A DNA stretch of 64,000 bases from Alphaproteobacteria bacterium (GTDB lineage Bacteria > Pseudomonadota > Alphaproteobacteria > UBA828): positions 1-64,000 of the forward strand of contig CAXXVO010000015.1 of NCBI GenBank assembly GCA_963422645.2, written 5' to 3'. A program made the position numbers and the translations under genes. Below the pieces are notes generated by a model, which saw only the letters and a list, made by a program, of their open reading frames with translations, was not told where the DNA came from and made no database searches. The first letter of the stretch is position 1, and every line of letters starts with the position of its first letter. Of this stretch, positions 41,840 through 52,589 are shown one piece after another.

Positions 41840-43374
41840 CGGTGTCGCACTGGCACGAAGACCTCGCCGCCCGTAACGAGGCCTTCTGCTGCCTGAAGGA
41901 GCTTCTCGAGCCATCATCCCTCGCAACCACTGTCGTCGTTGCCGTCCGGGAATGGGGGCAGGGGCTGCTGCGATCAGCCACCGCGCTCGCCCGGGAAAAT
42001 GCCGCACTCGAGCAGGAGAACGCGGCCCTGCGCGAGCGCATCGCCGAACTCGAGCGCAGCGCGGCCCTCAACAGCACCACAAGCAGCAAGCCCCCCGCCA
42101 GCGACGGGCTCAAGAAGAAAAGCGGAGCCCAGAGGCGCACCCAAAGCCAGCGCGGAAAGTCCGGCGGGCCCAGTGGCGGCCAGCCCGGCCACAAGGGAAC
42201 CACCCTCGCGCGGAGCGACAGCCCGGACCGTGTCGTCGATCACCACCCCTCCACCTGTTCCGGCTGTGGCGTCGAGCTCTCGGACGCCGACCGGCAAGGC
42301 GCGCCCGCCTGTCGGCAGGTCTTCGACGTACCCGAGCCGCAGCCTCTCGAGGTCACCGAACACCGCGCCCATCGCTGCCTCTGCGGCGCATGCGGCACGC
42401 TGACACGAGCCGCCTTCCCGCCGGGCGTCACCGCCCCGGTCCAGTACGGCCCTCGCATCACCGCTTGGGTGAGTTACCTGCTGTACGCCCAGTTCGTGCC
42501 CGAGAAGCGTCTGGCCGAACTCATGAGCGACATCTTCGCGGTGTCCATCTCCACTGCCACGATCGCCGCCATGGGCCGGCGCACAGCGCAGCGCTTCGAG
42601 GGCTTCCTCGACCATGTCGCCGATCTGATCCGCACGCAGGCGCCGGTCAAGCACCTCGACGAGACCGGCCTGCGTATCGCCGCCCGTACCCGCTGGCTCC
42701 ATGTGCTGTGCACCCCGTTGCTCACCGTCCTGCGCATCGGCGAGGGACGCGGCGATGTCGAAAAGAACCTGAAAGGCATCCTCGTCCACGACGACTTCGC
42801 CCCCTACTTCACCATCAAGGGCGTCCGCCACGGCGCCTGCAACGCACATCACCTGCGCGAACTCCAGGCCCTGATCGACATCGAGAAGGAGGAATGGGCG
42901 GCGAGCATGCACCGCCTGCTTCAGCGCGCGCGCAGGGCCGCCCGCTTCGCCCGTGAGAAAGACCGTCAAGTCCCCGCCTCCCTGGTGGCCCGCATCTCAA
43001 GGGCATGGGACCGTATCCTCGAAGAAGCCATCGCCTTCCATGAGGCCCAACCGCCGCTCCAGATCGCAAAGCGAGGGCGAAAGAAACGCCGCATCGGCCA
43101 CAACCTCGCGCGCCGCCTTCAAAAGCATAAGGAGGGCTGCCTGCGCTTCCTCACCGACCTGCGCACGCCGTTCACGAATAACGAGGCGGAGCGTGACATC
43201 CGTATGAACAAAGTGCATGAGAAGATCTCAGGCGGCTTCCGCTCCCTGCAAGGCGCCTGCAACTTCGCCGGAATGCGCAGCGTCATCGTCACCGCTCGAA
43301 AGCAAGGCTGGAACATCCTGCAAATCCTGGCGCACCCGGAACCGATGCAGCTGATCCCTATACTGCGCTCCTGA
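41836..43374 (+). CDS. IS66 transposase
   Basis: Same protein as 2912-4450. Confidence 0.92.
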   Translation: MTVSHWHEDLAARNEAFCCLKELLEPSSLATTVVVAVREWGQGLLRSATALARENAALEQENAALRERIAELERSAALNSTTSSKPPASDGLKKKSGAQRRTQSQRGKSGGPSGGQPGHKGTTLARSDSPDRVVDHHPSTCSGCGVELSDADRQGAPACRQVFDVPEPQPLEVTEHRAHRCLCGACGTLTRAAFPPGVTAPVQYGPRITAWVSYLLYAQFVPEKRLAELMSDIFAVSISTATIAAMGRRTAQRFEGFLDHVADLIRTQAPVKHLDETGLRIAARTRWLHVLCTPLLTVLRIGEGRGDVEKNLKGILVHDDFAPYFTIKGVRHGACNAHHLRELQALIDIEKEEWAASMHRLLQRARRAARFAREKDRQVPASLVARISRAWDRILEEAIAFHEAQPPLQIAKRGRKKRRIGHNLARRLQKHKEGCLRFLTDLRTPFTNNEAERDIRMNKVHEKISGGFRSLQGACNFAGMRSVIVTARKQGWNILQILAHPEPMQLIPILRS

Positions 43375-43634
43375 ACTTCTCCGGCTCATCCTGAGTATCG
43401 CTGTCCTCTCATCTTGTTCGCGACGCGGCGTTCATCATCCTCTCGCGCTCAAGAGAGTAGGCACCCCCGCGGCGTGGGGGCGTTGACGCAAAAGGAACTG
43501 GCTTGTTCCATAAGAGAGAGGGGGTACCTGGGCAGTTACGATTTGTCATTTTGGGCCAGTGGATTGAGGCGTTTCTCGTTCGGAGTTGGTGGAAAGGGCT
43601 TGACGGGAATTTCGGGAAATGACTCAACAACGAC

Positions 43635-45140
43635 ATGAGCAATCCCGAGTCGCCGCGCGGCCCTTCGACGGGAGCAGCGCCCGAAACGCCCGCGCAGAAG
43701 ATCGCCCGCCTGGAGGAGGAGAACGCCCGGCTTCGGGAGGAAAATGCCTGGCTTCGGCAGCAGAACGCGCGGCTGGAAGAGCAAGTCGCGCGTCTCGTCG
43801 AGCGCATCGAGGAGTTGGAGCGCCGTCTCGGCCTCAACAGCGGCAACAGCGTCAAGCCGCCTTCGAGCGATGGGCTGAGGAAGCCGAATTCGAAGCGGCG
43901 AACCCGAAGCCTGCGCGGCAAATCGGGCCGCAAGCCCGGTGGCCAGCCCGGCCACAAGGGCAAGACGCTGCGCCGCGCCGATCACCCGGATCGGGTGAAG
44001 GATCACGTCCCGGCTTCCTGCAAGGGATGCGGTTCGCCGCTTTCGGACGCGGCCAGGGCGGGAACGCCCGTCGCCCGCCAGGTGTTCGATCTGCCCGAGC
44101 CGAGCCCCCTGGAGGTGACCGAGCACCGGGCGCATGCCAAGTGCTGCGGGCATTGCGGGACGGTGACCCGGGCGGCGTTCCCCGACGGGGTGTCGGCGCC
44201 GGTGCAGTACGGCCCGCGCATTGCCGGGGTGGCGGTCTACCTTCAGCACGCTCACTTCCTGCCGGAGGATCGGCTGTCGCAGGTGATGGCCGAGCTCTTC
44301 GGCGCGCCGGTGACGGCTGCGACGTTGGCGACGATGAGCGAGAGGGCGGCCGAGCGGCTGCGGGACGCGGCCTTGCACATACAGGACCTGGCGGCGGGCA
44401 CGGCGCGGGTGAAACACATGGACGAGACCGGCTTGCGGATCGGCGGTCAGACGCAGTGGCTTCATGTGATCTGCACGCCGCTGCTGGCGGCGTACCGGGT
44501 CAGCGGCAAGCGCGGCGCCCTGCTCTCGGGTGTCTCCGGCATCGTCGTGCACGATCACTGGAAGCCGTACTTCGCGATGGAAGGGGTGGAGCACGGCCTG
44601 TGCAACGCCCATCACCTGCGGGAGTTGCAGGCGCTGGTGGACATCGAAGGGGAGGCTTGGGCCCGGCGGATGCAGCAGCTCCTGCGCCGAGCCAATCGCG
44701 CCGCCCGCATCGCGCTGGACAAGGATATCGCCGTTCCGGCGAGGCTTGTGGCGCTGATCGAGCGCCGATACGACGAGATCATCGCCGATGCGCTGGCCTT
44801 TCACGAGAGCCAACCACCGTTCTCGCCTGGCAAGAGGAAGAAGCGCCGGAAGCGAAGGATCGGTCACAATCTGGCCTTGAGGCTGCGCGACCACAAATGC
44901 GCGGTGCTCCGGTTCCTGATCGACCTCGAGGTCGGGTTCACGAACAACGAGGCCGAGCGCGACCTTCGGATGATGAAGCTGCGCCAGAAGATCTCCGGGG
45001 GCTTCCGGTCCGCGCAGGGGGCCGAGAACTTCGCCATCCTGCGCAGCGTCATCACCACCGCCAGAAAGCAGGGCTGGAATATCATCGAAGCCCTGACCAG
45101 CCCATCGGATCGGCTCATCGCCACCGTCAAGTGCGCGTAA
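43635..45140 (+). CDS. IS66-A transposase (501 aa) in a copy (43540-45276) lacking both terminal IRs
   Basis: HMDETG, CNAHHLREL, TNNEAERDLR; first 19 bp replaced by IS66-B, right end cut by IS 'C'. Confidence 0.92.
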   Translation: MSNPESPRGPSTGAAPETPAQKIARLEEENARLREENAWLRQQNARLEEQVARLVERIEELERRLGLNSGNSVKPPSSDGLRKPNSKRRTRSLRGKSGRKPGGQPGHKGKTLRRADHPDRVKDHVPASCKGCGSPLSDAARAGTPVARQVFDLPEPSPLEVTEHRAHAKCCGHCGTVTRAAFPDGVSAPVQYGPRIAGVAVYLQHAHFLPEDRLSQVMAELFGAPVTAATLATMSERAAERLRDAALHIQDLAAGTARVKHMDETGLRIGGQTQWLHVICTPLLAAYRVSGKRGALLSGVSGIVVHDHWKPYFAMEGVEHGLCNAHHLRELQALVDIEGEAWARRMQQLLRRANRAARIALDKDIAVPARLVALIERRYDEIIADALAFHESQPPFSPGKRKKRRKRRIGHNLALRLRDHKCAVLRFLIDLEVGFTNNEAERDLRMMKLRQKISGGFRSAQGAENFAILRSVITTARKQGWNIIEALTSPSDRLIATVKCA

Positions 45141-45276
45141 GCTCACCTGGCACGGGTTCTCCAACAGCGGAGCCATTCTCATAAACGATCATGGTCGACG
45201 CCGTGCTGGACCACCCCATAGAATGAAAATCGGTGCCCGTCGCGCGGGCGGACTTCGGGCCACATCGGGGTAGCTT

Positions 45277-45397
45277 CAGACTTCCTGACCTCGTGATGCT
45301 GGCTGTTCTGGGCAGCGTGCCGGGAACTCCTTGAATTCTGATACATTTCGGTTGTTTCAGGCGGTTTTTCGCTGGGTGTCGCGCCCGAGGTCTGATA
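45277..45397 (+). mobile_element. IS 'C' left-end fragment truncated by IS21
   Basis: Begins cagacttcctgacctcgtgatg. Confidence 0.88.
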
Positions 45398-45488
45398 TGT
45401 CAATCGGCTTTCAATACTGACCCCCGATCGGCGTGCAAAATTGACCCCCCTGAGTGGCAACCGGGCCGCAAGGGAGGCCGGCGGCGGG

Positions 45489-46217
45489 TCAGGAGCGGTT
45501 CTTGAAGCGCCAGCTCTCGTTGCCGGTCTCGATGATCTCGCAATGATGGGTGAGGCGATCGAGCAGCGCTGTGGTCATCTTGGGGTCGCCGAAGACGGAT
45601 GGCCATTCGCCGAAGGCGAGGTTTGTGGTGATGACGATCGAGGTGCGCTCGTAGAGCCGGCTCATCAGATGGAAGAGCAGCTGCCCACCGGCCTGGGCGA
45701 AGGGCAGGTAGCCGAGCTCGTCGAGGATGACGAAGTCGCGGCGGACGAGCTGGTCTGCAGTGCGGCCCTGGCGTCCGGCGCGAAGCTCGGCCTCGAGGAG
45801 GTTGACCAGGTCGACGACGTTGTAGCACCGGCCGCGCGCGCCCTTGCGGATGCAGGACCGCGCGATGGCGACGGCGAGATGGGTCTTGCCGGTACCGGTG
45901 CCGCCGACCAGCACGATGTTGCGTTTGCCCTCGAGGAAGCCGCCGCCGGCGAGCTCCTGGATCAGGGGCTCGTTGACCGGCGAGGCGGCGAAGTCGAAGT
46001 CGGCCAGCTCCTTGACCGTCGGCAGCTTGGCGGAGGCCATCTGGTACTTGATCGAGCGGGCCCTCTTGTCGGCGATCTCGACCTGCAGCAGCGTACCGAT
46101 GATCTGTTGCACCGGATGGCGGCGCTTGAGCCCGTCGGCAAGGATGTCGTCGTAAGCGGCGCGCATACCTGCGAGCTTCAGCTGGGTCATCATCTCCAGC
46201 ACATCATGACGCTCCAT
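45489..46217 (-). CDS. istB: IS21 helper ATPase IstB
   Basis: Identical protein to 6496-7224. Confidence 0.96.
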   Translation of the reverse strand: MERHDVLEMMTQLKLAGMRAAYDDILADGLKRRHPVQQIIGTLLQVEIADKRARSIKYQMASAKLPTVKELADFDFAASPVNEPLIQELAGGGFLEGKRNIVLVGGTGTGKTHLAVAIARSCIRKGARGRCYNVVDLVNLLEAELRAGRQGRTADQLVRRDFVILDELGYLPFAQAGGQLLFHLMSRLYERTSIVITTNLAFGEWPSVFGDPKMTTALLDRLTHHCEIIETGNESWRFKNRS

Positions 46218-47718
46218 GACCGGCCTCCCTCAGGCTGTCGTAGCGCTGACAGTCGGCTACCGGCTTGTGGCGAAGCTGCAGGCCCTCGGGCGTCGGGATG
46301 ATTGCCGGCGGTGCCGGCTGGCGCTGCCGGGCGAGGATGTTGAGCACCACGTCGGCGCTGCAGGCACCGCAGTCGAGCGTCTCGGCACAGGCCGCCTCAA
46401 CCGCCTCCAGTCCGTCCTCCAGCACCGCCGCGAGCACCTTGACGAACTGCCGGTCGCCGTCGTCGTGGCCCGCGAGCCGGGTTCGCAGGCGGCCGAGCGC
46501 GTTGGGCAACTGCCAGTCCTTGAAGGGCGCGCCATTGCGTAGCGCGCCGGGCTTCCGCGTCAGGATCGGCACGTAATGCCACGGATCGTAGACGAACCGG
46601 CCGCGCCCGAAGCTGCGGGGGTGCTCGGCAACGGTCTCGCCGTCCTGGCGGATGACGATCCGATCGGCATAGGCCCGCACGTCCACCGGCCGGCCGACGG
46701 CGCGGGCCGCGACGCTGTACTGGTTGTTGTCGAAGCGCACCAGACAGGTCTTCGAGACCGACACCTCGCTGGCATGGAAGCCGTCGAAGGGGCCGCGATA
46801 CGCCATCAGGAAGGGCTGCTCCTCCTCGAACACCTGCCACACCGTCTTGCCCGGGATTGTCGGATGCGGATGCTTCTTGGCGTCCTCGATGCACCGATCC
46901 ATCAGCCACTCGTTGATCTCGGCGTAGGAGCGGCCCCGCGGGATGGGCACGAACAGGCGGCCGCGAAGGTCACCCACCTGCTTCTCGACCTGCCCCTTCT
47001 CCCAGCCAGCCCCTGGCGTGCACGCCACAGGCTCCACCAGATGGTGCGAGCACAGCTCCTGGAAGCGGCGGTTGTAGTCCCGCTTCTTGCCCACGAAGAT
47101 CGTGCTCACCGCCGTCTTCATGTTGTCGTAGATGCCCCGCCGGCAGACCCCGCCGAAGAAGCGGAAGGCACGCTCGTGCGCCTCGAAGACCATCTCCTGG
47201 CTCTCGCGGGGAAAGATCTGGACCAGATACATCCGGCTGTGGCACAGCCGCATGTGCGCCGCCTTCACCCTGGTCGTCGCGCCCGACAGACGCGCGTACT
47301 CGTGGCTCCAGTCGAACTGGTAGGCCTCGCCGGGATCGAAGATCAGCGGCACATAGGCCTGCGCCGGCGACAACAGCCGCCACCGGCGCCGCCAGGCCCT
47401 GGCATAGCGGCGAACCGCGTCATAGCCGCCCTTGTAGCCCAGCGACACAAGGTCTTCATGAATCCGCAGAAGAGACAGCCGATCCTTGCGTGCCTTCTTC
47501 TCGTTGGCCTTCAGCTGGCGCTCAAGCTCCTCCACCCACAGCCCAAGCTTCGGCATCGGCTGGATCTTGCGCTCGTAGCTGTGCGAGGTCGCATCGCCCC
47601 GCACCACCTTGCGTATCGTGTTCTTGGAAACCCTCAAATCCCGGGCGAGCTTCTTGATCGGAACGCCCTTCACCAGATGATCCCGACGGATCTTCGCGAT
47701 CGTTTCCACAACCAGCAT
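46204..47718 (-). CDS. istA: IS21 transposase IstA
   Basis: Identical protein to 4995-6509. Confidence 0.95.
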   Translation of the reverse strand: MLVVETIAKIRRDHLVKGVPIKKLARDLRVSKNTIRKVVRGDATSHSYERKIQPMPKLGLWVEELERQLKANEKKARKDRLSLLRIHEDLVSLGYKGGYDAVRRYARAWRRRWRLLSPAQAYVPLIFDPGEAYQFDWSHEYARLSGATTRVKAAHMRLCHSRMYLVQIFPRESQEMVFEAHERAFRFFGGVCRRGIYDNMKTAVSTIFVGKKRDYNRRFQELCSHHLVEPVACTPGAGWEKGQVEKQVGDLRGRLFVPIPRGRSYAEINEWLMDRCIEDAKKHPHPTIPGKTVWQVFEEEQPFLMAYRGPFDGFHASEVSVSKTCLVRFDNNQYSVAARAVGRPVDVRAYADRIVIRQDGETVAEHPRSFGRGRFVYDPWHYVPILTRKPGALRNGAPFKDWQLPNALGRLRTRLAGHDDGDRQFVKVLAAVLEDGLEAVEAACAETLDCGACSADVVLNILARQRQPAPPAIIPTPEGLQLRHKPVADCQRYDSLREAGHGAS

Positions 47719-47837
47719 CTCCCCCACCACCCCGTCCGTCCAAACGACGAGGTGTGTTCATGGACACAAATCCAAGGGGGTCAATTTTGGACGCCGATCA
47801 CCCCCAATAGGGGGTCACTTTTCCACGCTTAACAACA

Positions 47838-48150
47838 CGCAATTCAGCAGCATCCTGACTTGCGGTTAGGTCTGCCTCAATTCGTTGTGGGACATGCTGA
47901 AGAACGTGCGGTCGAAGAGTAGTTCTTCGTCGTCGCGAATCAGACCCTCGTAAGGGCCCGCAAGACGCCCGGGCCCTGAAAATTCCCCGATCGGCAGGTG
48001 GCCTTTGCCGTAGCGATCGGTGACCGGCTCCTGGACGATCTCGCGTTCGCTTAACAGGCGCCAGAAATCAGTATCCGAGTGAATGCCGCCGGGCATACGG
48101 TGGCTGTACCCGATGATGGCAACCCCGTCGCTGATGTAAGGCGCGTCCAT
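47838..48150 (-). pseudogene. N-terminal ketosynthase fragment of a type I PKS
   Basis: VAIIGYSHRMPGG...FWRLL...FDRTFFSMS..E..QT*PQVRMLL (DPQxR motif with a stop at D); cut by IS21. Confidence 0.8.
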
Positions 48151-48393
48151 GCAATAGAACTCCGCTAAACGGCATCATTAACGCCGCAATAACGATTCTC
48201 TCCTTACAAGTCGGTGATGCCAAATTTCCGACTTCTTGCAGGCGATCGCACGGTCTTCGAAGTCTTTTCGATCGCTCGTCCTCCCCTGGTCGAAGCGCTA
48301 TGTTGCAATCGTATATCCAGCGCCGCCATTACTTCCAATAGCGATTTCTTGGCTGCTCCATAAGAAACGCTGATTGCGGAGGGTAGAAGTATG

Positions 48394-50281
48394 GTAACTG
48401 CCCAGGTCGTCTGATTTGTCATTTTGGGCCAGTGGATTGAGGCGTTTCTCGTTCGGAGTTGGTGGAAAGGGCTTGACGGGAATTTCGGGAAATGACTCAA
48501 CAACGACATGAGCAATCCCGAGTCGCCGCGCGGCCCTTCGACGGGAGCAGCGCCCGAAACGCCCGCGCAGAAGATCGCCCGCCTGGAGGAGGAGAACGCC
48601 CGGCTTCGGGAGGAAAATGCCTGGCTTCGGCAGCAGAACGCGCGGCTGGAAGAGCAAGTCGCGCGTCTCGTCGAGCGCATCGAGGAGTTGGAGCGCCGTC
48701 TCGGCCTCAACAGCGGCAACAGCGGCAAGCCGCCTTCGAGCGATGGGCTGAGGAAGCCGAATTCGAAGCGGCGAACCCGAAGCCTGCGCGGCAAATCGGG
48801 CCGCAAGCCCGGTGGCCAGCCCGGCCACAAGGGCAAGACGCTGCGCCGCGCCGATCACCCGGATCGGGTGAAGGATCACGTCCCGGCTTCCTGCAAGGGA
48901 TGCGGTTCGCCGCTTTCGGACGCGGCCAGGGCGGGAACGCCCGTCGCCCGCCAGGTGTTCGATCTGCCCGAGCCGAGCCCCCTGGAGGTGACCGAGCACC
49001 GGGCGCATGCCAAGTGCTGCGGGCATTGCGGGACGGTGACCCGGGCGGCGTTCCCCGACGGGGTGTCGGCGCCGGTGCAGTACGGCCCGCGCATTGCCGG
49101 GGTGGCGGTCTACCTTCAGCACGCTCACTTCCTGCCGGAGGATCGGCTGTCGCAGGTGATGGCCGAGCTCTTCGGCGCGCCGGTGACGGCTGCGACGTTG
49201 GCGACGATGAGCGAGAGGGCGGCCGAGCGGCTGCGGGACGCGGCCTTGCACATACAGGACCTGGCGGCGGGCACGGCGCGGGTGAAACACATGGACGAGA
49301 CCGGCTTGCGGATCGGCGGTCAGACGCAGTGGCTTCATGTGATCTGCACGCCGCTGCTGGCGGCGTACCGGGTCAGCGGCAAGCGCGGCGCCCTGCTCTC
49401 GGGTGTCTCCGGCATCGTCGTGCACGATCACTGGAAGCCGTACTTCGCGATGGAAGGGGTGGAGCACGGCCTGTGCAACGCCCATCACCTGCGGGAGTTG
49501 CAGGCGCTGGTGGACATCGAAGGGGAGGCTTGGGCCCGGCGGATGCAGCAGCTCCTGCGCCGAGCCAATCGCGCCGCCCGCATCGCGCTGGACAAGGATA
49601 TCGCCGTTCCGGCGAGGCTTGTGGCGCTGATCGAGCGCCGATACGACGAGATCATCGCCGATGCGCTGGCCTTTCACGAGAGCCAACCACCGTTCTCGCC
49701 TGGCAAGAGGAAGAAGCGCCGGAAGCGAAGGATCGGTCACAATCTGGCCTTGAGGCTGCGCGACCACAAATGCGCGGTGCTCCGGTTCCTGATCGACCTC
49801 GAGGTCGGGTTCACGAACAACGAGGCCGAGCGCGACCTTCGGATGATGAAGCTGCGCCAGAAGATCTCCGGGGGCTTCCGGTCCGCGCAGGGGGCCGAGA
49901 ACTTCGCCATCCTGCGCAGCGTCATCACCACCGCCAGAAAGCAGGGCTGGAATATCATCGAAGCCCTGACCAGCCCATCGGATCGGCTCATCGCCACCGT
50001 CAAGTGCGCGTAAGCTCACCTGGCACGGGTTCTCCAACAGCGGAGCCATTCTCATAAACGATCATGGTCGACGCCGTGCTGGACCACCCCATAGAATGAA
50101 AATCGGTGCCCGTCGCGCGGGCGGACTTCGGGCCACATCGGGGTAGCTTACCGGTCGCAGTCCGCAAGAGGGGCATCGTGAGCTGTGAAACCCGGCGACC
50201 ACAGAGGAGCACACGGGCGTCGCGTGGGTAGCGTTGTGCCGAATCCCAGAGAATTTTCACAGCAAGAACCTGGGCAGTTAC
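48394..50281 (+). mobile_element. IS66-A, intact copy (1888 bp) with 8-bp TSD gaagtatg
   Basis: IRs gtaactgcccaggt / acctgggcagttac; TSD 48386-48393 and 50282-50289. Confidence 0.97.
48508..50013 (+). CDS. IS66-family transposase (501 aa)
   Basis: Coiled coil, GGQPGHKG, zinc finger, DDE motifs. Confidence 0.95.
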   Translation: MSNPESPRGPSTGAAPETPAQKIARLEEENARLREENAWLRQQNARLEEQVARLVERIEELERRLGLNSGNSGKPPSSDGLRKPNSKRRTRSLRGKSGRKPGGQPGHKGKTLRRADHPDRVKDHVPASCKGCGSPLSDAARAGTPVARQVFDLPEPSPLEVTEHRAHAKCCGHCGTVTRAAFPDGVSAPVQYGPRIAGVAVYLQHAHFLPEDRLSQVMAELFGAPVTAATLATMSERAAERLRDAALHIQDLAAGTARVKHMDETGLRIGGQTQWLHVICTPLLAAYRVSGKRGALLSGVSGIVVHDHWKPYFAMEGVEHGLCNAHHLRELQALVDIEGEAWARRMQQLLRRANRAARIALDKDIAVPARLVALIERRYDEIIADALAFHESQPPFSPGKRKKRRKRRIGHNLALRLRDHKCAVLRFLIDLEVGFTNNEAERDLRMMKLRQKISGGFRSAQGAENFAILRSVITTARKQGWNIIEALTSPSDRLIATVKCA

Positions 50282-50292
50282 GAAGTATGCGG

Positions 50293-51414
50293 CTACGCCC
50301 GCGCCTCTCCCTTGAACACCGCCGCCGCGTCGGCAAGGCCGAGGGAGTTCGCCGTGAGCGCCAGGCTCGAGCGCACCTTGCGCGGCAGCGGGACTCCGTG
50401 CGCGCGCCGCTGGGCGCGCATCTCCTCCTCGGGCTCGCCGGGCAGGCGCACCCGTTCGTGCCCCGGTGCCGTGCGCGCGCTGCGCACGAAGGCGACGTAG
50501 CGGTCGAGCTCGGGCCACAGCAGCGTCTCGGTGCCGAAGCGCTTAGGCTCGAGCAGGATGGAGAGCATGTTGTTCTCCAGTATCTCTTGGCCCTCCCGGG
50601 CGCAGCCGCCGCCGGTGAGCGCGCCGGCCAGCAGCTCGCACATGATGCTGATGCCGGAGCCCTTGTGCTCCCCCATTGCGCGAATGGCACCGGACCCTGG
50701 GCGATGGTCCATAGGCTGGGAGCCGTCCTTGATGCCGTAGACCGCGTTCGGATCGGTGGTGAGCGCACCGTCCCGCTCGATGATCGCGCCCTCAGGCAGC
50801 GGCTTGCCGCCGTTGAGCGCGACCAGCATCTTGCCCTCGGCCACGATCGACGTCGCGCAGTCGAGCACCAGCGGCGGCCCCTCCGGCATCGGCACGCCGA
50901 TGCAGAGGGGGTTGGTGGACATGCGCCGCTCGGTCCCGCCGAAGGGCGCCACCAGCATGCCGAGGCCGCTGGTGTTGACGAAGTGGACCGAGATCAGGCC
51001 CTCTGCGGCCGCAAGCTCGGCCCAGTCGCCGATCCGCCCCAGGTGGCCCGAGTTGCGCAGGCCCACCACGGCGACGCCGTACTCGCGCGTCCTCTCCACG
51101 CCCAGCGTGATCGCCTGTTCGCCGATGGTCTGGCCGAAGCCGTGGTCCCCGTCCAGCACGGCGACGGCGCCGGCGTCCATCACCGTCTTCACGCTGCGGC
51201 CAGCGTAGACAGTACCGGTGTCGAGCCAGTGGACATAGCGCGGCACGCGGATGACGCCGTGGCTGTCGTGCCCGGTGAGGTTGGATTCGACCAGACGGCG
51301 GGCGATACGCGCCCCTTCGGCCTCGTCGCAGCCGGCGGCCTGGAAGATCGCGGCAACGGCCTCCCTCAGCCGCCCGGCATCGATCGCAAGGGCGTCTTCT
51401 TGAGCAACGTTCAT
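50293..51414 (-). CDS. Ldh_2-family (malate/lactate/ureidoglycolate) oxidoreductase
   Basis: GHDSHGV.R..RY, NSGHLGRIG, STNPL, HKGSG, RLPGE. Confidence 0.92.
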   Translation of the reverse strand: MNVAQEDALAIDAGRLREAVAAIFQAAGCDEAEGARIARRLVESNLTGHDSHGVIRVPRYVHWLDTGTVYAGRSVKTVMDAGAVAVLDGDHGFGQTIGEQAITLGVERTREYGVAVVGLRNSGHLGRIGDWAELAAAEGLISVHFVNTSGLGMLVAPFGGTERRMSTNPLCIGVPMPEGPPLVLDCATSIVAEGKMLVALNGGKPLPEGAIIERDGALTTDPNAVYGIKDGSQPMDHRPGSGAIRAMGEHKGSGISIMCELLAGALTGGGCAREGQEILENNMLSILLEPKRFGTETLLWPELDRYVAFVRSARTAPGHERVRLPGEPEEEMRAQRRAHGVPLPRKVRSSLALTANSLGLADAAAVFKGEARA

Positions 51415-51416
51415 GG

Positions 51417-52508
51417 TCAGGCTCCGGGCGGCGGACGGGGGTCGGGCGGTGGGCGGGGCTCGGTCTCGCCCCAGACGACGCGGCCGTCGGTCGACAGCAT
51501 GACCGCGATGGGCCGCGTGCGCGGGAAGTGGGCGAAGATGATCATGGCGATGACGGTAATGGGCACACAGAGGAACATCCCCGGTATACCCCAGATGGAG
51601 CCCCAGACCGCAAGCGAGACCAGGGTCGCGAAGGGGCTGATGTTGAGCGAAGAGCCCATCAGCATCGGCTCCAGGAAGTTGCCGATGAAGACCTGGATCA
51701 CGGCAAGGCTCGGCGTGACGATGAGAAAGGGCACGAAGGTGTCGAATTGCACCAGCGCCAGCAACGCCGGGAAGAGGATGCCCAGCAGCGAGCCGATGGT
51801 CGGGATGTAGTTCAGAAGGAAGATGATGACCACCCAGAAGCCGGCGAAGTCGAGGCCGACAGACGCCAGCACGGCATAGCTCAGGCCTGCCGTCAGCGCG
51901 CTGGTGAAGGTCTTGATCCAGAGATAGTTCTGAATCTCCTGGGTCATGTGGCTGAGGATGCCGCGCACCCGCTCCTCCCGCTCGGAGTCGGGGAAGAGCG
52001 CATTCATCTTGCGGTTGAAGCTGCCCTGTTCGACGAAGAGGAAGAGCACGTAGACCAGGATGAGCCCGGCTTCGCCGGCGATCCCGGTCAACGTCGCGGC
52101 GAGTCTGCTGACCACGGCCCTGAAGTCGATGCGATCGACGAGGTCGGTCAGGTTCGGCGTCTTCTCGAGGCCGAAGAGCGCGGACACCTCGCCGATCAGC
52201 CGCTGGAGATTGGCCTGATAGGTGGGGATCGCATCGACGACGCTGCTGAAGTTGCCGCTTACCATCTCGGCCAGCGACATGACCGCCGCGATGACCGCCA
52301 GCGCCGTGAGCGCAAGCGCGGCCCAGCGCGGCGGGCGAACGCCGCGTATGCTGAGCTTCATGATCCCGCGCGCGATGGCGTTGATCAGGTACCAGGCCAT
52401 GACCGCGATGGCGATCGGAATCAGGATGTTCCGCCCGGAGATGAGCAGGTAAATGGTGAGGGCGGCGATGCCGGCCGAGGCGGCGAAGAGGATGAGTCTT
52501 GATTGCAT
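51417..52508 (-). CDS. AI-2E family transporter
   Basis: Multi-TM; LNYIPTIGS, GNFLEPMLMG, WGSIWGIPGMFL.VP. Confidence 0.92.
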   Translation of the reverse strand: MQSRLILFAASAGIAALTIYLLISGRNILIPIAIAVMAWYLINAIARGIMKLSIRGVRPPRWAALALTALAVIAAVMSLAEMVSGNFSSVVDAIPTYQANLQRLIGEVSALFGLEKTPNLTDLVDRIDFRAVVSRLAATLTGIAGEAGLILVYVLFLFVEQGSFNRKMNALFPDSEREERVRGILSHMTQEIQNYLWIKTFTSALTAGLSYAVLASVGLDFAGFWVVIIFLLNYIPTIGSLLGILFPALLALVQFDTFVPFLIVTPSLAVIQVFIGNFLEPMLMGSSLNISPFATLVSLAVWGSIWGIPGMFLCVPITVIAMIIFAHFPRTRPIAVMLSTDGRVVWGETEPRPPPDPRPPPGA

Positions 52509-52589
52509 GAGGGAGGACCGTCCGGGTCTGTTCCGGCATTGTTGGGCCGGGCCAATCAGCCGTCAACCGGCCTCGACCGGAGCGGACGC

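Larger units (their letters stand above)
41032..43539 (+). mobile_element. IS66-B copy 4 (full length)
   Basis: IRs; flanks gattttca / gatttgtc come from opposite ends of IS66-A. Confidence 0.93.
45398..47837 (-). mobile_element. IS21-family element, copy 2 (inverted)
   Basis: Reverse complement of 4876-7325, 10 bp shorter downstream of istB. Confidence 0.95.

Noticed and set aside
41024-43547. gattttca / gatttgtc as a TSD
   Set aside because: Not identical; each matches a different end of IS66-A, indicating rearrangement
50293-52566. 757-aa ORF
   Set aside because: Only 50293-51414 is the Ldh_2 protein; the rest is an alternate frame of the AI-2E gene
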